This document shows, one piece after another, positions 9,938 through 18,912 of a DNA stretch of 36,951 bases (the first letter of the stretch is position 1; each line of letters opens with the position of its first letter). Origin of the DNA: Candidatus Kaiserbacteria bacterium RIFCSPHIGHO2_12_FULL_53_13 (GTDB taxonomy: Bacteria; Patescibacteriota; Minisyncoccia; Phycocordibacterales; UBA2100); assembly GCA_001781555.1 (NCBI GenBank), contig MFLP01000006.1, positions 1 to 36,951 of the forward strand, in the 5' to 3' direction. The position numbers and the translations under genes are program-made. A model generated the notes under the pieces. The model made no database searches. It had not been told where the DNA came from and saw only the letters and a list, made by a program, of their open reading frames with translations.

Positions 9938-10456
9938 ATGAAATCAAAAACACTTATCAACATTGCTCTCCTCGTTCTTGTGATTGTCGGCCTCTTCGCG
10001 TGGGGCTATGCCGGAAGAGTCGGCACTACGGCCAGTGTTCAGGGCGCTTCCGGAGCCAGTGGGACCTCGAAAAGCGTCCTTACCGCTCCGGAAAACTTCT
10101 ATGATTTCGGGACGATCTCAATGAAGAACGGCAATGTGAGCAAGGAATTCCAGGTAAGCAACTCAACTGGCGAAGACATAACCATCTCTACAGTATTCAC
10201 TTCCTGCATGTGTACGCTCGCTTACATCGTTGGGGCGGATGGAAGCGCCAAAGGCCCGTTTGGCATGCCGGGCATGGGCTATGTTCCGCCGGCAGATGAA
10301 ACCATTCATGCGGGCGAGAGCCGCGTGGTCCGTGTCATTTATAACCCGAACGCTCACGGTCCGGCAGGTGTCGGGCGGATCGACAGGTTCGTGACCCTCA
10401 CGGATTCCAGAGGCGGCACGCTAGAGCTTGAAATAAAAGCTCTTGTAACACCCTGA
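9938..10456 (+). CDS. DUF1573-like Ig-fold membrane-anchored protein with CxC motif
   Basis: MKSKT plus TM; YDFGTISMK, TSCMCT, GPFGMPGMG, YNPNAHGP. Start 9938 preferred over ORF-track 9821. Confidence 0.8.
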   Translation: MKSKTLINIALLVLVIVGLFAWGYAGRVGTTASVQGASGASGTSKSVLTAPENFYDFGTISMKNGNVSKEFQVSNSTGEDITISTVFTSCMCTLAYIVGADGSAKGPFGMPGMGYVPPADETIHAGESRVVRVIYNPNAHGPAGVGRIDRFVTLTDSRGGTLELEIKALVTP

Positions 10457-10457
10457 T

Positions 10458-11237
10458 ATGCGCCGGCTGATTGTCATTGCGAGCGTTATCGGTGCATTCA
10501 TTCTTGGGATTGTTGTCCTCAAATTCAGCCCCGCAACCTCAGCACTTATATGGAACATGAGCCAGGGCGGAGCATGGCTCTTGCCGCTCGTACTCATCTC
10601 ATCGCTCTTGGATAGCGTCCATCCGTGCTCGTTCTCCATTCTCCTCATCACTATAGCGTTCTTGTTCGGGTTGCAGATGACGCGGGAAAAAATCCTGCGG
10701 ATCGGAGGCGTGTACATCGCCGGCATCTTTGCGTCATACCTCCTCATCGGTCTCGGCCTTCTCAAAGTCCTACATCTCTTCAATACACCGCACTTCATGG
10801 GGAAGCTCGGCGCCTCGCTCCTAATTCTCTTCGGAATCATCAATCTCCTTAACAGGTTCTTTCCTGATATGCCGATCAAGCTCAAAATGCCGGGGATCGT
10901 GCACCGGCCGATGGCGGCGCTCTTGGAGAGAACATCCGTCGTGGCGGCATTCGGGCTCGGGATACTCGTCGGCATCTGCCAGTTCCCGTGCATGGGCGGG
11001 CCGTACCTCATGGTGATAGGGCTTCTGCGCGACAGCCAGACGTATCTGGCGGGATTCTGGTATCTGCTACTGTACAACCTCGTTCTCATCGTTCCCCTGG
11101 TGCTCGTCCTGTGGTTCTCCGCCGACAAGAGCGTGGTAGACAAGATGCAGGAGTGGAAGCGCGAAAATCTCCAGCGCGTCCGCCTGGTCGCGGGCACTGC
11201 CATGATAATTCTAGGTGCACTTATTCTCATCGTCTAA
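10458..11237 (+). CDS. CcdA/DsbD-type transmembrane disulfide transporter-like protein
   Basis: About 7 TM helices with DSVHPCSF and CQFPCMGGPY, LYNL. Confidence 0.8.
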   Translation: MRRLIVIASVIGAFILGIVVLKFSPATSALIWNMSQGGAWLLPLVLISSLLDSVHPCSFSILLITIAFLFGLQMTREKILRIGGVYIAGIFASYLLIGLGLLKVLHLFNTPHFMGKLGASLLILFGIINLLNRFFPDMPIKLKMPGIVHRPMAALLERTSVVAAFGLGILVGICQFPCMGGPYLMVIGLLRDSQTYLAGFWYLLLYNLVLIVPLVLVLWFSADKSVVDKMQEWKRENLQRVRLVAGTAMIILGALILIV

Positions 11238-11242
11238 AAGGT

Positions 11243-11689
11243 ATGCTCATTACTATCACCGTCATATCGGTCCTCATCGTCTCAGGAGCGGCGTGGCTCG
11301 CAAGCCGGATCCTGCCGTTTAAGGTTTGTCCGATCTGTGCCGGAGTGTTCCTCACGTGGACGGGACTCGTCGCCGCGCACCTCTTGGGCTACCAGATCAA
11401 CCTCGTAGTTCCCGCGCTCCTCATGGGCGGATCAGTCGTCGGTATCGCTTATCAGCTTGAGAAGAAATTCCGCGGCTCGGCAGGCACGCTTCTTCTCTGG
11501 AAAACGTTCTTTATTCCGGCTGGTTTCGCTGCCGCGTATAGTCTCCTCGCGCAACTGTGGACGGCGCTTATCTTGACGACGTTCTTTCTCTTCTTGATAA
11601 CGCTTCTGTTCTTGTCTTCAGGCGGCAGGCCGGGAGCGCGCGAAGAGACGGTCGGGAACATTGAGAAGAATATGGAAGATTGCTGCTGA
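11243..11689 (+). CDS. Hypothetical membrane protein with CxxC and C-terminal CC
   Basis: MLITITVIS..., VCPICAGV, about 5 TM, ends MEDCC. Start 11243 is 5 nt after the upstream stop. Confidence 0.78.
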   Translation: MLITITVISVLIVSGAAWLASRILPFKVCPICAGVFLTWTGLVAAHLLGYQINLVVPALLMGGSVVGIAYQLEKKFRGSAGTLLLWKTFFIPAGFAAAYSLLAQLWTALILTTFFLFLITLLFLSSGGRPGAREETVGNIEKNMEDCC

Positions 11690-11721
11690 TTAATAATTAA
11701 TAATTAAAATCAAATTATGTT

Positions 11722-12693
11722 ATGGAAACAAATACCCCAGTAGAAACGATAAGAGGGTCTATCCAAGAGTACGCGACTCCGGTGAGCATCGTGATCGCCG
11801 GGATTGCCATCGCGGTATCGATGTACGCAATTCAGGCGGAGCGCCCTGCGGGCGTCGTCTCTGACGCGGGCGCGCAAGTGCGGCTCGAGGAATCGGTTAT
11901 GCCCGCGTCCGGAGTCGTACTGCCTGTTGTGTGGGGTGATCTTGGCGCGCGACTTGTCGAATCCGGCGCGATCGATGCCGACAAGCTCCGGCAGATGTAC
12001 GAGTCCAGGGGGACATGGAACAAGGAATACGAGTGGCTCCTTGTCGGACGCGAAAATGGAAAGTTAACGATAACGAGAGAGAACTCGGGATATCTCCTGA
12101 ATCTGCTGTGGGCTTTCGGACTTGCCAACAAGAGTACAATTCTTGAGGATACATCAGAGATGATGAATCCGGGATATGGCGGTGCGGAGAACTTCGCATC
12201 AACAGGCGGATGGACAGTGGCAAAAGGCAATGCGATGGAACACTACAACATGCATGCGCTCGTGGAGCTGGCGCCAGAGCAGCAAGTGCTCGTTGACCGC
12301 GTGTCGCGGAACATCTACAGGCCGTGCTGCGGGAACTCTACGCATTTCCCGGATTGCAATCACGGAATGGCGATGCTCGGATTTCTGGAATTGATGGCCA
12401 GCCAGGGTGTCGGTGAAGAAGACATGTACAAAGCGGCCCTTGCGGTGAACTCGTATTGGTTCCCGGATACCTATCTCACAATTGCAGAATACATGCAAAA
12501 CAGAGGCATTAACTGGAAGAAAGTCTCGCCGCAAGAAATGCTGGGTGCCAATTATTCAAGTGCCGCGGGATTCCGGAATATCATGTCGCAGGTCGGCGCG
12601 ACTTCTAACGGTGGCAGTGGAAGCGGCTGTGGCGTAGAGGCCGGAGGAGCACCCGCTCCGCAACAGCGGCAGCAAAGCGGATGCGGCATATGA
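11722..12693 (+). CDS. Hypothetical membrane-anchored Cys/His-rich protein
   Basis: One TM then a soluble domain; IYRPCCGNSTHFPDCNHGMAMLG; tail with SGCG twice. Confidence 0.82.
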   Translation: METNTPVETIRGSIQEYATPVSIVIAGIAIAVSMYAIQAERPAGVVSDAGAQVRLEESVMPASGVVLPVVWGDLGARLVESGAIDADKLRQMYESRGTWNKEYEWLLVGRENGKLTITRENSGYLLNLLWAFGLANKSTILEDTSEMMNPGYGGAENFASTGGWTVAKGNAMEHYNMHALVELAPEQQVLVDRVSRNIYRPCCGNSTHFPDCNHGMAMLGFLELMASQGVGEEDMYKAALAVNSYWFPDTYLTIAEYMQNRGINWKKVSPQEMLGANYSSAAGFRNIMSQVGATSNGGSGSGCGVEAGGAPAPQQRQQSGCGI

Positions 12694-12722
12694 AGGAATA
12701 TTTACGCTTAACATAATTCACC

Positions 12723-13004
12723 ATGCATAACCACAACAATACAGACAACGGCCATGATAATCACAAGCACATGATGTGGATGATGCTCATCTGCTGCGCA
12801 TTGCCGCTCGTTATACTGCTTTTCGGCGGTGGCGCGTTGTTCTCTGACGGGTATCTCACGAAAGTTCTCATTGGTGCTTTTGCTGTCGCATGCATTTGGA
12901 TGATGTTCAAAAGGCACGGGAATCCTGACGAAAACAGCGCAACTAATGTGGCTGAAAAACTGGAGAAGGACACCGGGAATAAGCATGATAACTGTTGTCA
13001 TTAG
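12723..13004 (+). CDS. Small His/Met/Cys-rich membrane protein
   Basis: MHNH..HDNHKHMMWMMLICC, 2 TM, ends HDNCCH. Confidence 0.78.
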   Translation: MHNHNNTDNGHDNHKHMMWMMLICCALPLVILLFGGGALFSDGYLTKVLIGAFAVACIWMMFKRHGNPDENSATNVAEKLEKDTGNKHDNCCH

Positions 13005-13064
13005 CCTTCCGTCGAGAGGTATAATGAACAGGCAGCGATCTATTATCAATTAGTAAAAGTAATT

Positions 13065-13319
13065 ATGATCAATACAAATCATCTTCTCAAAGTCACCGCG
13101 GCGTGGGTCAGCATTGTGTATGTCGTTTGCTTTCTTGGAGTAGCGTTATTTCCGGGCATTCGACCGGCATTTATGTATTACGGACTTCACACGACAACGA
13201 ACTTGGGCGAAAACGTCATGACGCTCACAACGTTTGTCTCCGGTCTTGCGGTATGGAACGTGGTCGCATACTTGGCGGTCGGCTTGTTTGCAGTCCTTTT
13301 TAACAGAATTAAAGCTTAA
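13065..13319 (+). CDS. DUF5676-like 2-TM membrane protein
   Basis: WVSIVYVVC...FMYYGLH...VLFN. Confidence 0.75.
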   Translation: MINTNHLLKVTAAWVSIVYVVCFLGVALFPGIRPAFMYYGLHTTTNLGENVMTLTTFVSGLAVWNVVAYLAVGLFAVLFNRIKA

Positions 13320-13321
13320 TT

Positions 13322-13459
13322 ATGATGGGATACGGAAATTGGGGATACAGCTCGATGATGGGCGGAATCGGCACGTTTGGTTTTCTCACGTGGCTGGTGA
13401 TACTCATTGACCTCACTCTCGTTGGCATCTGGCTCTGGCAGCAGGTTACGAAGAAATAA
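13322..13459 (+). CDS. 45-aa Met/Gly-rich single-TM protein (absent from the ORF track)
   Basis: MMGYGNWGYSSMMGGIGTFGFLTWLVILIDLTLVGIWLWQQVTKK; starts 2 nt after the previous stop. Confidence 0.72.
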   Translation: MMGYGNWGYSSMMGGIGTFGFLTWLVILIDLTLVGIWLWQQVTKK

Positions 13460-13565
13460 AAAATACTCGGAGTGGAGTTCATACACATATCAGCGCTGAA
13501 AATAGCGGCGTGCATTTGTGTTGCTGTTGTAGACAGGAGACGAAATGATAAGATGATGAACTCTC

Positions 13566-14597
13566 ATGACTAATTCAAATCAAAAGACATACATATTTCA
13601 CGTCCGCGGCATGCACTGCGACGCGTGCACGCTTCTCATTGAAGAGACTTTCAAGGAGTTGCCGTACGTTTCCCGCGTTCATGCGTCGCTTCCGAATCAT
13701 CAAGTGACTATCACGGGAAATTTCTCGGAGCCACTGGAATTAATCGCAGAAAAACTCACCGAACTGGTAAAAAGCCACGGATACACGGTCTCGTTGGAAA
13801 AATCACAGAAAAGTGCGGGGTGGGGGGATTTTGTGTACGCATTGCCGATTGCCCTCGTAACAATTGTTGGATTTTTCGCGCTTCAGAAGGCCGGTTTTGC
13901 TAATCTCATTACTTCCTCGAATGTCACGTATGGAACTGCATTCATTATCGGGCTCATCGCCTCTGTGTCCACATGTCTCGCCGTCGTCGGCGGCCTCGTC
14001 CTTTCTCTTTCGGCAAGTTCTGCAAAGGAAGGCGGCACGTGGCGGACGCAGACCATGTTCCACGTTGGCAGATTAGGCGGATTTTTCGTGCTTGGCGGCG
14101 CTATCGGTGCCGTCGGGAGCTCTCTTCATCTCGGACTCAATGCGAACATCGTGCTTGGCATCGTTGTCGCGCTCGTGATGCTTATCCTCGGCATAAATCT
14201 GCTCGACGTATTTCATTTCACGAAGCGGCTACAGTTCACGCTCCCAAAATGGATATCGCGGCATGTCGTGCGCGGGAGCCGGCATGACCACTATCTGGCG
14301 CCGCTTCTTGTCGGCGTCGGGACTTTCTTTCTGCCTTGCGGATTTACTCAGTCAATGCAGCTTTACGCGCTTACGACGGGGAGCTTCATGAAAGGCGCAC
14401 TTACGATGACCGTCTTTGCACTCGGCACTCTACCAGTGCTCGCACTCCTATCCTTCGGTTCTCTCAATATTGCACACAAATCGTGGAAGGGAATATTCTT
14501 TAAAACTGCCGGGATTATCGTCATAGCACTCGCGCTGCTGAATCTCGCAAATGCTCTTGCAACGGCGGGGATCATCTCCCCTGTATTCAATATCTGA
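13566..14597 (+). CDS. HMA domain + DsbD_2 (TauE/SafE-like) membrane protein
   Basis: GMHCDAC N-terminal HMA; STCLAVVGG, FHVGRL, FFLPCGFTQ. Confidence 0.88.
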   Translation: MTNSNQKTYIFHVRGMHCDACTLLIEETFKELPYVSRVHASLPNHQVTITGNFSEPLELIAEKLTELVKSHGYTVSLEKSQKSAGWGDFVYALPIALVTIVGFFALQKAGFANLITSSNVTYGTAFIIGLIASVSTCLAVVGGLVLSLSASSAKEGGTWRTQTMFHVGRLGGFFVLGGAIGAVGSSLHLGLNANIVLGIVVALVMLILGINLLDVFHFTKRLQFTLPKWISRHVVRGSRHDHYLAPLLVGVGTFFLPCGFTQSMQLYALTTGSFMKGALTMTVFALGTLPVLALLSFGSLNIAHKSWKGIFFKTAGIIVIALALLNLANALATAGIISPVFNI

Positions 14598-14600
14598 CCT

Positions 14601-14999
14601 ATGAACAAAGCAATTTTTATCTCTATCGGCATAAGCGCACTCTTGGTAGGAGGAATGTTCTGGTTCGTCAGCGGAAATATCGATGTTGGTGCGAATGCGG
14701 CAGGGGACACATCGGCCGTTTCTATATCCGATGGCAAACAATTTATTGACGTGTCTGCAAAGGGCGGCTACTCCCCGCGCGTGATCCTCGCTAAGGCCGG
14801 CACGCCGACCATACTGCGCGTGAAAACGAGCGGGACTTTTGATTGCTCCGCGAGTCTCGTTATCCCGAAACTCTCATACCAGAAATTCCTCCAGCCGTCG
14901 GGAACTGAAGAAATCGCGATTTCTGCGGAACAAGCGCAGGGCACGATGCAGGGCTTATGCTCGATGGGAATGTACAATTTCCAGATAAAGTTCCAATAA
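14601..14999 (+). CDS. Membrane-anchored cupredoxin-domain protein
   Basis: TM, GGYSP, FDCSAS, CSMGMY. Confidence 0.85.
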   Translation: MNKAIFISIGISALLVGGMFWFVSGNIDVGANAAGDTSAVSISDGKQFIDVSAKGGYSPRVILAKAGTPTILRVKTSGTFDCSASLVIPKLSYQKFLQPSGTEEIAISAEQAQGTMQGLCSMGMYNFQIKFQ

Positions 15000-15045
15000 A
15001 AAGAACGCCACGACCGGTATTATCCGGGCTATACTGTAGTCGCAC

Positions 15046-16284
15046 ATGAAGCTCAAAATATTTTATTGGGCGTTGTACGATTTCGCGAATTCTATCGTAC
15101 TCATTACGTTCGTTTTTTATTTTTCCCAGTGGCTAGTGGTGGAACATGGCCGGCCATCGTGGTGGTATAACGGCGCCCTCGTTGTTTCTTCGGTGCTCTT
15201 TGTCCTTACCGCTCCTGTGTTTAGTCGAATCATAGATATTACAGGGAAAAAGATAGCCGGTCTGCGGATATGGACTCTGCTCTCCGCCATAGCGATGGGA
15301 ATTGTTTCTCTTATTGCCGTGTATTCGGACTCGCTTGATGTGCTTGCGACAGTCCTTTATACGCTGGGAATGTATGCATATCTGATGTGTTTCCTATATT
15401 TCACTCCGATGCTCAATGACCTATCGACAAGCAGGAATAGAGGCAGGATATCGGGCGTCGGGCAAGGAGCGAATTCTCTTGGACAAGTCGCAGGGCTCCT
15501 GGTCACACTTCCATTTGTAAACGGCACGATAACGCTTTTTGGAGAGCCCGGTCGCGCACAAGCGCTTATGCCATCGGTCATATTGTTTGCCTTCCTTGCT
15601 CTGCCGATCTTATTTTTGTATCGAGAAGATGAGGTGGTTAAACCGTGGATCCAACGGCCGCATGGCTCTCGAAGCTTGATTGTTCTGTTTAAGACGATCC
15701 TTGCTGACAAATCGCTTGCGTTCCTGTTTCTAGCATACTTTTTATTCAGCGATGCGCTCCTGACGTTTGCAAACAACTTCCCTCTGTACTTGCAAGCGGT
15801 ACACGGCGCATCGGATACATTGAAGGCACTTCTGACTGTCGCCATCCTTGGTCTTGCGGCTGTCGGCGCGGTCATATTCGGATATATTTCAGACCGGTTC
15901 GGGCACAAAAAGACTCTTACCGCTGTTCTCGTACTCTTTTCCGGTATTTTTATCGCGATGGCATTTATACCGACCTTTAAGATACTGGTACCGATTTTCC
16001 TCTTCGCAGGCATTTTGTTCGGCCCTGTTTGGGGAATAAGCCGGGCGATGGTCGGGCAATTAGCGCCGCCCGGTCTTCTCGCCTCATCTTTCAGTTACTA
16101 CGTAGTTGCGGAGCGATTCTCGACATTTATCGGACCGGCTATATGGAGCACAGTGCTTCTTCAGGTCGGCGAGAATGCCCAGGGCTACAAATGGGCTCTC
16201 GTATCATTGTCTGTAATTCTATGTTTCAGCTTGCTTGCTTTGCGGAAAGTTGCCGAGCCGCCATCGTCAGTTCCCAGAACTTAA
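15046..16284 (+). CDS. MFS transporter (UMF1/Atg22-like)
   Basis: WALYDFANS, about 12 TM, GYISDRFGHKK. Confidence 0.9.
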   Translation: MKLKIFYWALYDFANSIVLITFVFYFSQWLVVEHGRPSWWYNGALVVSSVLFVLTAPVFSRIIDITGKKIAGLRIWTLLSAIAMGIVSLIAVYSDSLDVLATVLYTLGMYAYLMCFLYFTPMLNDLSTSRNRGRISGVGQGANSLGQVAGLLVTLPFVNGTITLFGEPGRAQALMPSVILFAFLALPILFLYREDEVVKPWIQRPHGSRSLIVLFKTILADKSLAFLFLAYFLFSDALLTFANNFPLYLQAVHGASDTLKALLTVAILGLAAVGAVIFGYISDRFGHKKTLTAVLVLFSGIFIAMAFIPTFKILVPIFLFAGILFGPVWGISRAMVGQLAPPGLLASSFSYYVVAERFSTFIGPAIWSTVLLQVGENAQGYKWALVSLSVILCFSLLALRKVAEPPSSVPRT

Positions 16285-17535
16285 TCTCCGCAATGCGGTG
16301 ATGTACGCCGCTTCCCGCAAAGAGACGCCGAATTCTTTCGATGCTTTGTATACTTCGTCGAAGGCACGGTCCATTTTCTCTCGCAGCTTATCGAAAACAT
16401 CTTTCTTGTCCCAATTCTCTTTATGCATATTCTGATACCACTCGAAATAGCTGACCGCCACTCCACCGGAGTTTGCGAGTATATCGGGAATGACCATTAC
16501 TCCGCGTTTGTTTAAAACCTCGTCCGCGTCGAGCGTTGTCGGCCCGTTCGCCATTTCAAGAATTATGCTCGCTTTTATCTTGTCGACATTATCTTTCGTT
16601 ATCGCATTTTCGAGTGCAGCAGGGACGACGATGTCCACGGGGAGTTCCAAGATTTCTTGAGGCGTAATATCTCGTGCGCCGAGCTTTTCTTTGTTGTTGA
16701 GATCGCACACCGAACCGACGCAGTAACAAGTCTCAACACTCCCTTTTTCCTCTTTGCATGTGAGCACATCCTGAATGTTGTTTATTCCAGCTGGAACATA
16801 AATCCCGCCCTTTGAGTCTGAGAGTGCGACTACCGAAAGACCCTCGTCATGCAAATACTGCGCTAAGTAGCTCCCGACATTTCCAATGCCCTGTATCGCA
16901 ACCGTGAGGCCTTTCGGATTTCTTCCCGTAGCACGCAAAAGCGCGAGCAATGCGAAACATCCGCCCAAGCCCGTCGCCTCCGTGCGCCCCTCCGACCCGC
17001 CGCGCTCGAGAGGTTTTCCAGTAACGACGGCCAGCGTCTCTTCGCCTTTTTGTTTCGAATACTCCTCCAATATCCACTGCATTATCTTCGCATTTGTATT
17101 CACGTCTGGCGCAGGCACATCAATATTCGGTCCGATAAATGGAAATAATTTTCGCGCGAACTCGCGCGTGAGCCGCTCCAGTTCCGCTTCCGATAATTTC
17201 TTGGGGTCGACGCTGACCCCGCCCTTACCTCCGCCAAACGGGACATCAATCACGGCATTTTTCATCGTCATCCAGAATGAAAGCGCCTTCACTTCGTCCA
17301 TGTCCACATGCGGATGGTAGCGCAGACCGCCTTTGTAGGGTCCGCGGTCATTGTTGTGCTGGACTCTGAAGCCTTGGTACATCCCGACCGAGCCGTCATC
17401 CATCTTTATGGGCACGGAAACCTCTATCACCCTGTCCGGGTTCTTTAGACGGGCGAGGAGAAGCGGCTCAACGGAGAATTTTGAAGCAGCATTCTCTAAC
17501 TGCTTCATCGCTCGTGTCCATGGATTGTCGTTCAT
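16267..17535 (-). CDS. gdhA: Glu/Leu/Phe/Val dehydrogenase (glutamate dehydrogenase)
   Basis: RGPYKGGLRYHP, GGGKGG, DVPAPDVNT, EATGLG, QGIGNVG, EMANGP, VSYFEW. Confidence 0.92.
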   Translation of the reverse strand: MNDNPWTRAMKQLENAASKFSVEPLLLARLKNPDRVIEVSVPIKMDDGSVGMYQGFRVQHNNDRGPYKGGLRYHPHVDMDEVKALSFWMTMKNAVIDVPFGGGKGGVSVDPKKLSEAELERLTREFARKLFPFIGPNIDVPAPDVNTNAKIMQWILEEYSKQKGEETLAVVTGKPLERGGSEGRTEATGLGGCFALLALLRATGRNPKGLTVAIQGIGNVGSYLAQYLHDEGLSVVALSDSKGGIYVPAGINNIQDVLTCKEEKGSVETCYCVGSVCDLNNKEKLGARDITPQEILELPVDIVVPAALENAITKDNVDKIKASIILEMANGPTTLDADEVLNKRGVMVIPDILANSGGVAVSYFEWYQNMHKENWDKKDVFDKLREKMDRAFDEVYKASKEFGVSLREAAYITALRRLSSGN

Positions 17536-17574
17536 ATCATGAAGAATCGTGAAGTAATGATAAGATTATACCCC

Positions 17575-18876
17575 ATGCACAAAAAGGCCTTCATAATCGC
17601 GATACTCCTTATCGCGCTCGGCGGTGGCGGATACTGGTGGTACGCGAATCAGACGGGTGCGGGTGAGCGTTACAAAACTCCGGAGGAAGCGGATGCATAC
17701 GTGCGCTTCGACATGGAGGCGTACGATATCATTCTCGCGAATTTCTGGAAGAAATCGTCTGACGCCGAGCTCGCCGATCTTTTCCGACTCTCGCTCGCAA
17801 AGGCGGCAAACATCAACCCCGACGCACTTGCGCTCCCGACTGCGGATCGCGAGGGCACCGTGAAAATACTCGCCGCCGCATTTGCAAAGACAGAGGGGGA
17901 ACAGAAAAAACAACTGGCACTCGATACCCTCATCGTCGCGCTCTACAATCTCCCTCCTGTTGGTCGTAGCGGCCTCCTTTCGTCTGGACAAGTTACCGAT
18001 CTCCGGAACGAAGAAAAGAATATAGATCCCGCAAGTAATCTCTATCAGGACTTAGGCGTGCAAAAAAGCGCAAGTGCGGACGAGGTGAACGATGCATTCG
18101 AGGAAAAGAAAGCGACACTTTCTGCGTCCACGTCGCCTCAGGCGAAAGCAGCACTCGAACAGGCGACATACGCGCATCAGGTGCTTGCCGATGCGGACTC
18201 CAAGGCGCGCTACGACGAAGCGAAAGTCGAGCCGACTGTGTTCGATCGTGTGCTCAGAGGCGGGACGCTCTACCTGTATGTCGAGAAGATATCTCCCACT
18301 ACACTCGCTGAATTCGCCGCGAGTGTTCTCAATGCCTCGACCACGCCCGCGCTCGACAGCATGATAATCGACCTGCGAGGAAATATCGGCGGCACGCTTG
18401 ATGTTGCGCAATACTTTCTCGGGCTGTTCCTAGGTGCAAATCAGTATTCTTTCGACCTTTTCCACCAGGACGACTATCAGGCGCAGAGGACAGCGATAAA
18501 CGCATTGCCTGAGTTGAAACGCTATCGTGAGGTCGCGGTTATAACGGACGGGATGACCCAATCGAGCGCGGAAGTCATCACCGCCGCGCTCAAGCGTTTC
18601 CGCTTGGCACGCGTCGTCGGCACTCCGACGCGCGGCTGGGGGACGGTGGAAAACACGTTTCCTCTTAAGACATCGATCGGGACGGAGACATACTCGCTTC
18701 TCCTCGTGCACAGTATTACTCTGCGCGACGACAATCAGCCGATAGAAGGGCGGGGAGTGGATCCGGACGTGAACACGAGCGATCCAAAGTGGAAAAAAGA
18801 ACTAAGTACTTACTTCCGCTCGCGTTCTCTCGTTGATGCACTCTCGCAAGAAGCGACCCAGCCGCCACTCCGTTAA
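17575..18876 (+). CDS. Membrane-anchored S41-family peptidase with internal degenerate J-domain
   Basis: TM; IIDLRGNIGG, TQSSAEV, GTPTRGWG, IEGRGVDPD; NLYQDLGV...KARYDE J-like segment. Start 17575 preferred over 17539. Confidence 0.8.
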   Translation: MHKKAFIIAILLIALGGGGYWWYANQTGAGERYKTPEEADAYVRFDMEAYDIILANFWKKSSDAELADLFRLSLAKAANINPDALALPTADREGTVKILAAAFAKTEGEQKKQLALDTLIVALYNLPPVGRSGLLSSGQVTDLRNEEKNIDPASNLYQDLGVQKSASADEVNDAFEEKKATLSASTSPQAKAALEQATYAHQVLADADSKARYDEAKVEPTVFDRVLRGGTLYLYVEKISPTTLAEFAASVLNASTTPALDSMIIDLRGNIGGTLDVAQYFLGLFLGANQYSFDLFHQDDYQAQRTAINALPELKRYREVAVITDGMTQSSAEVITAALKRFRLARVVGTPTRGWGTVENTFPLKTSIGTETYSLLLVHSITLRDDNQPIEGRGVDPDVNTSDPKWKKELSTYFRSRSLVDALSQEATQPPLR

Positions 18877-18912
18877 TGGGGCTCAAAAGCGGCACTGTGT
18901 TAGCATATTCCA

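Noticed and set aside
13475-13563. GAGTTCAT/ATGAACTC inverted repeat before the HMA-DsbD_2 gene
   Set aside because: Only 8 bp across a loop of about 70 nt; compatible with chance and not CsoR-like
14595-14600. Genetic code 25 (TGA = Gly)
   Set aside because: TGA ends many clearly complete genes (copA, lysS, tyrS, permease), and conserved genes have no internal TGA
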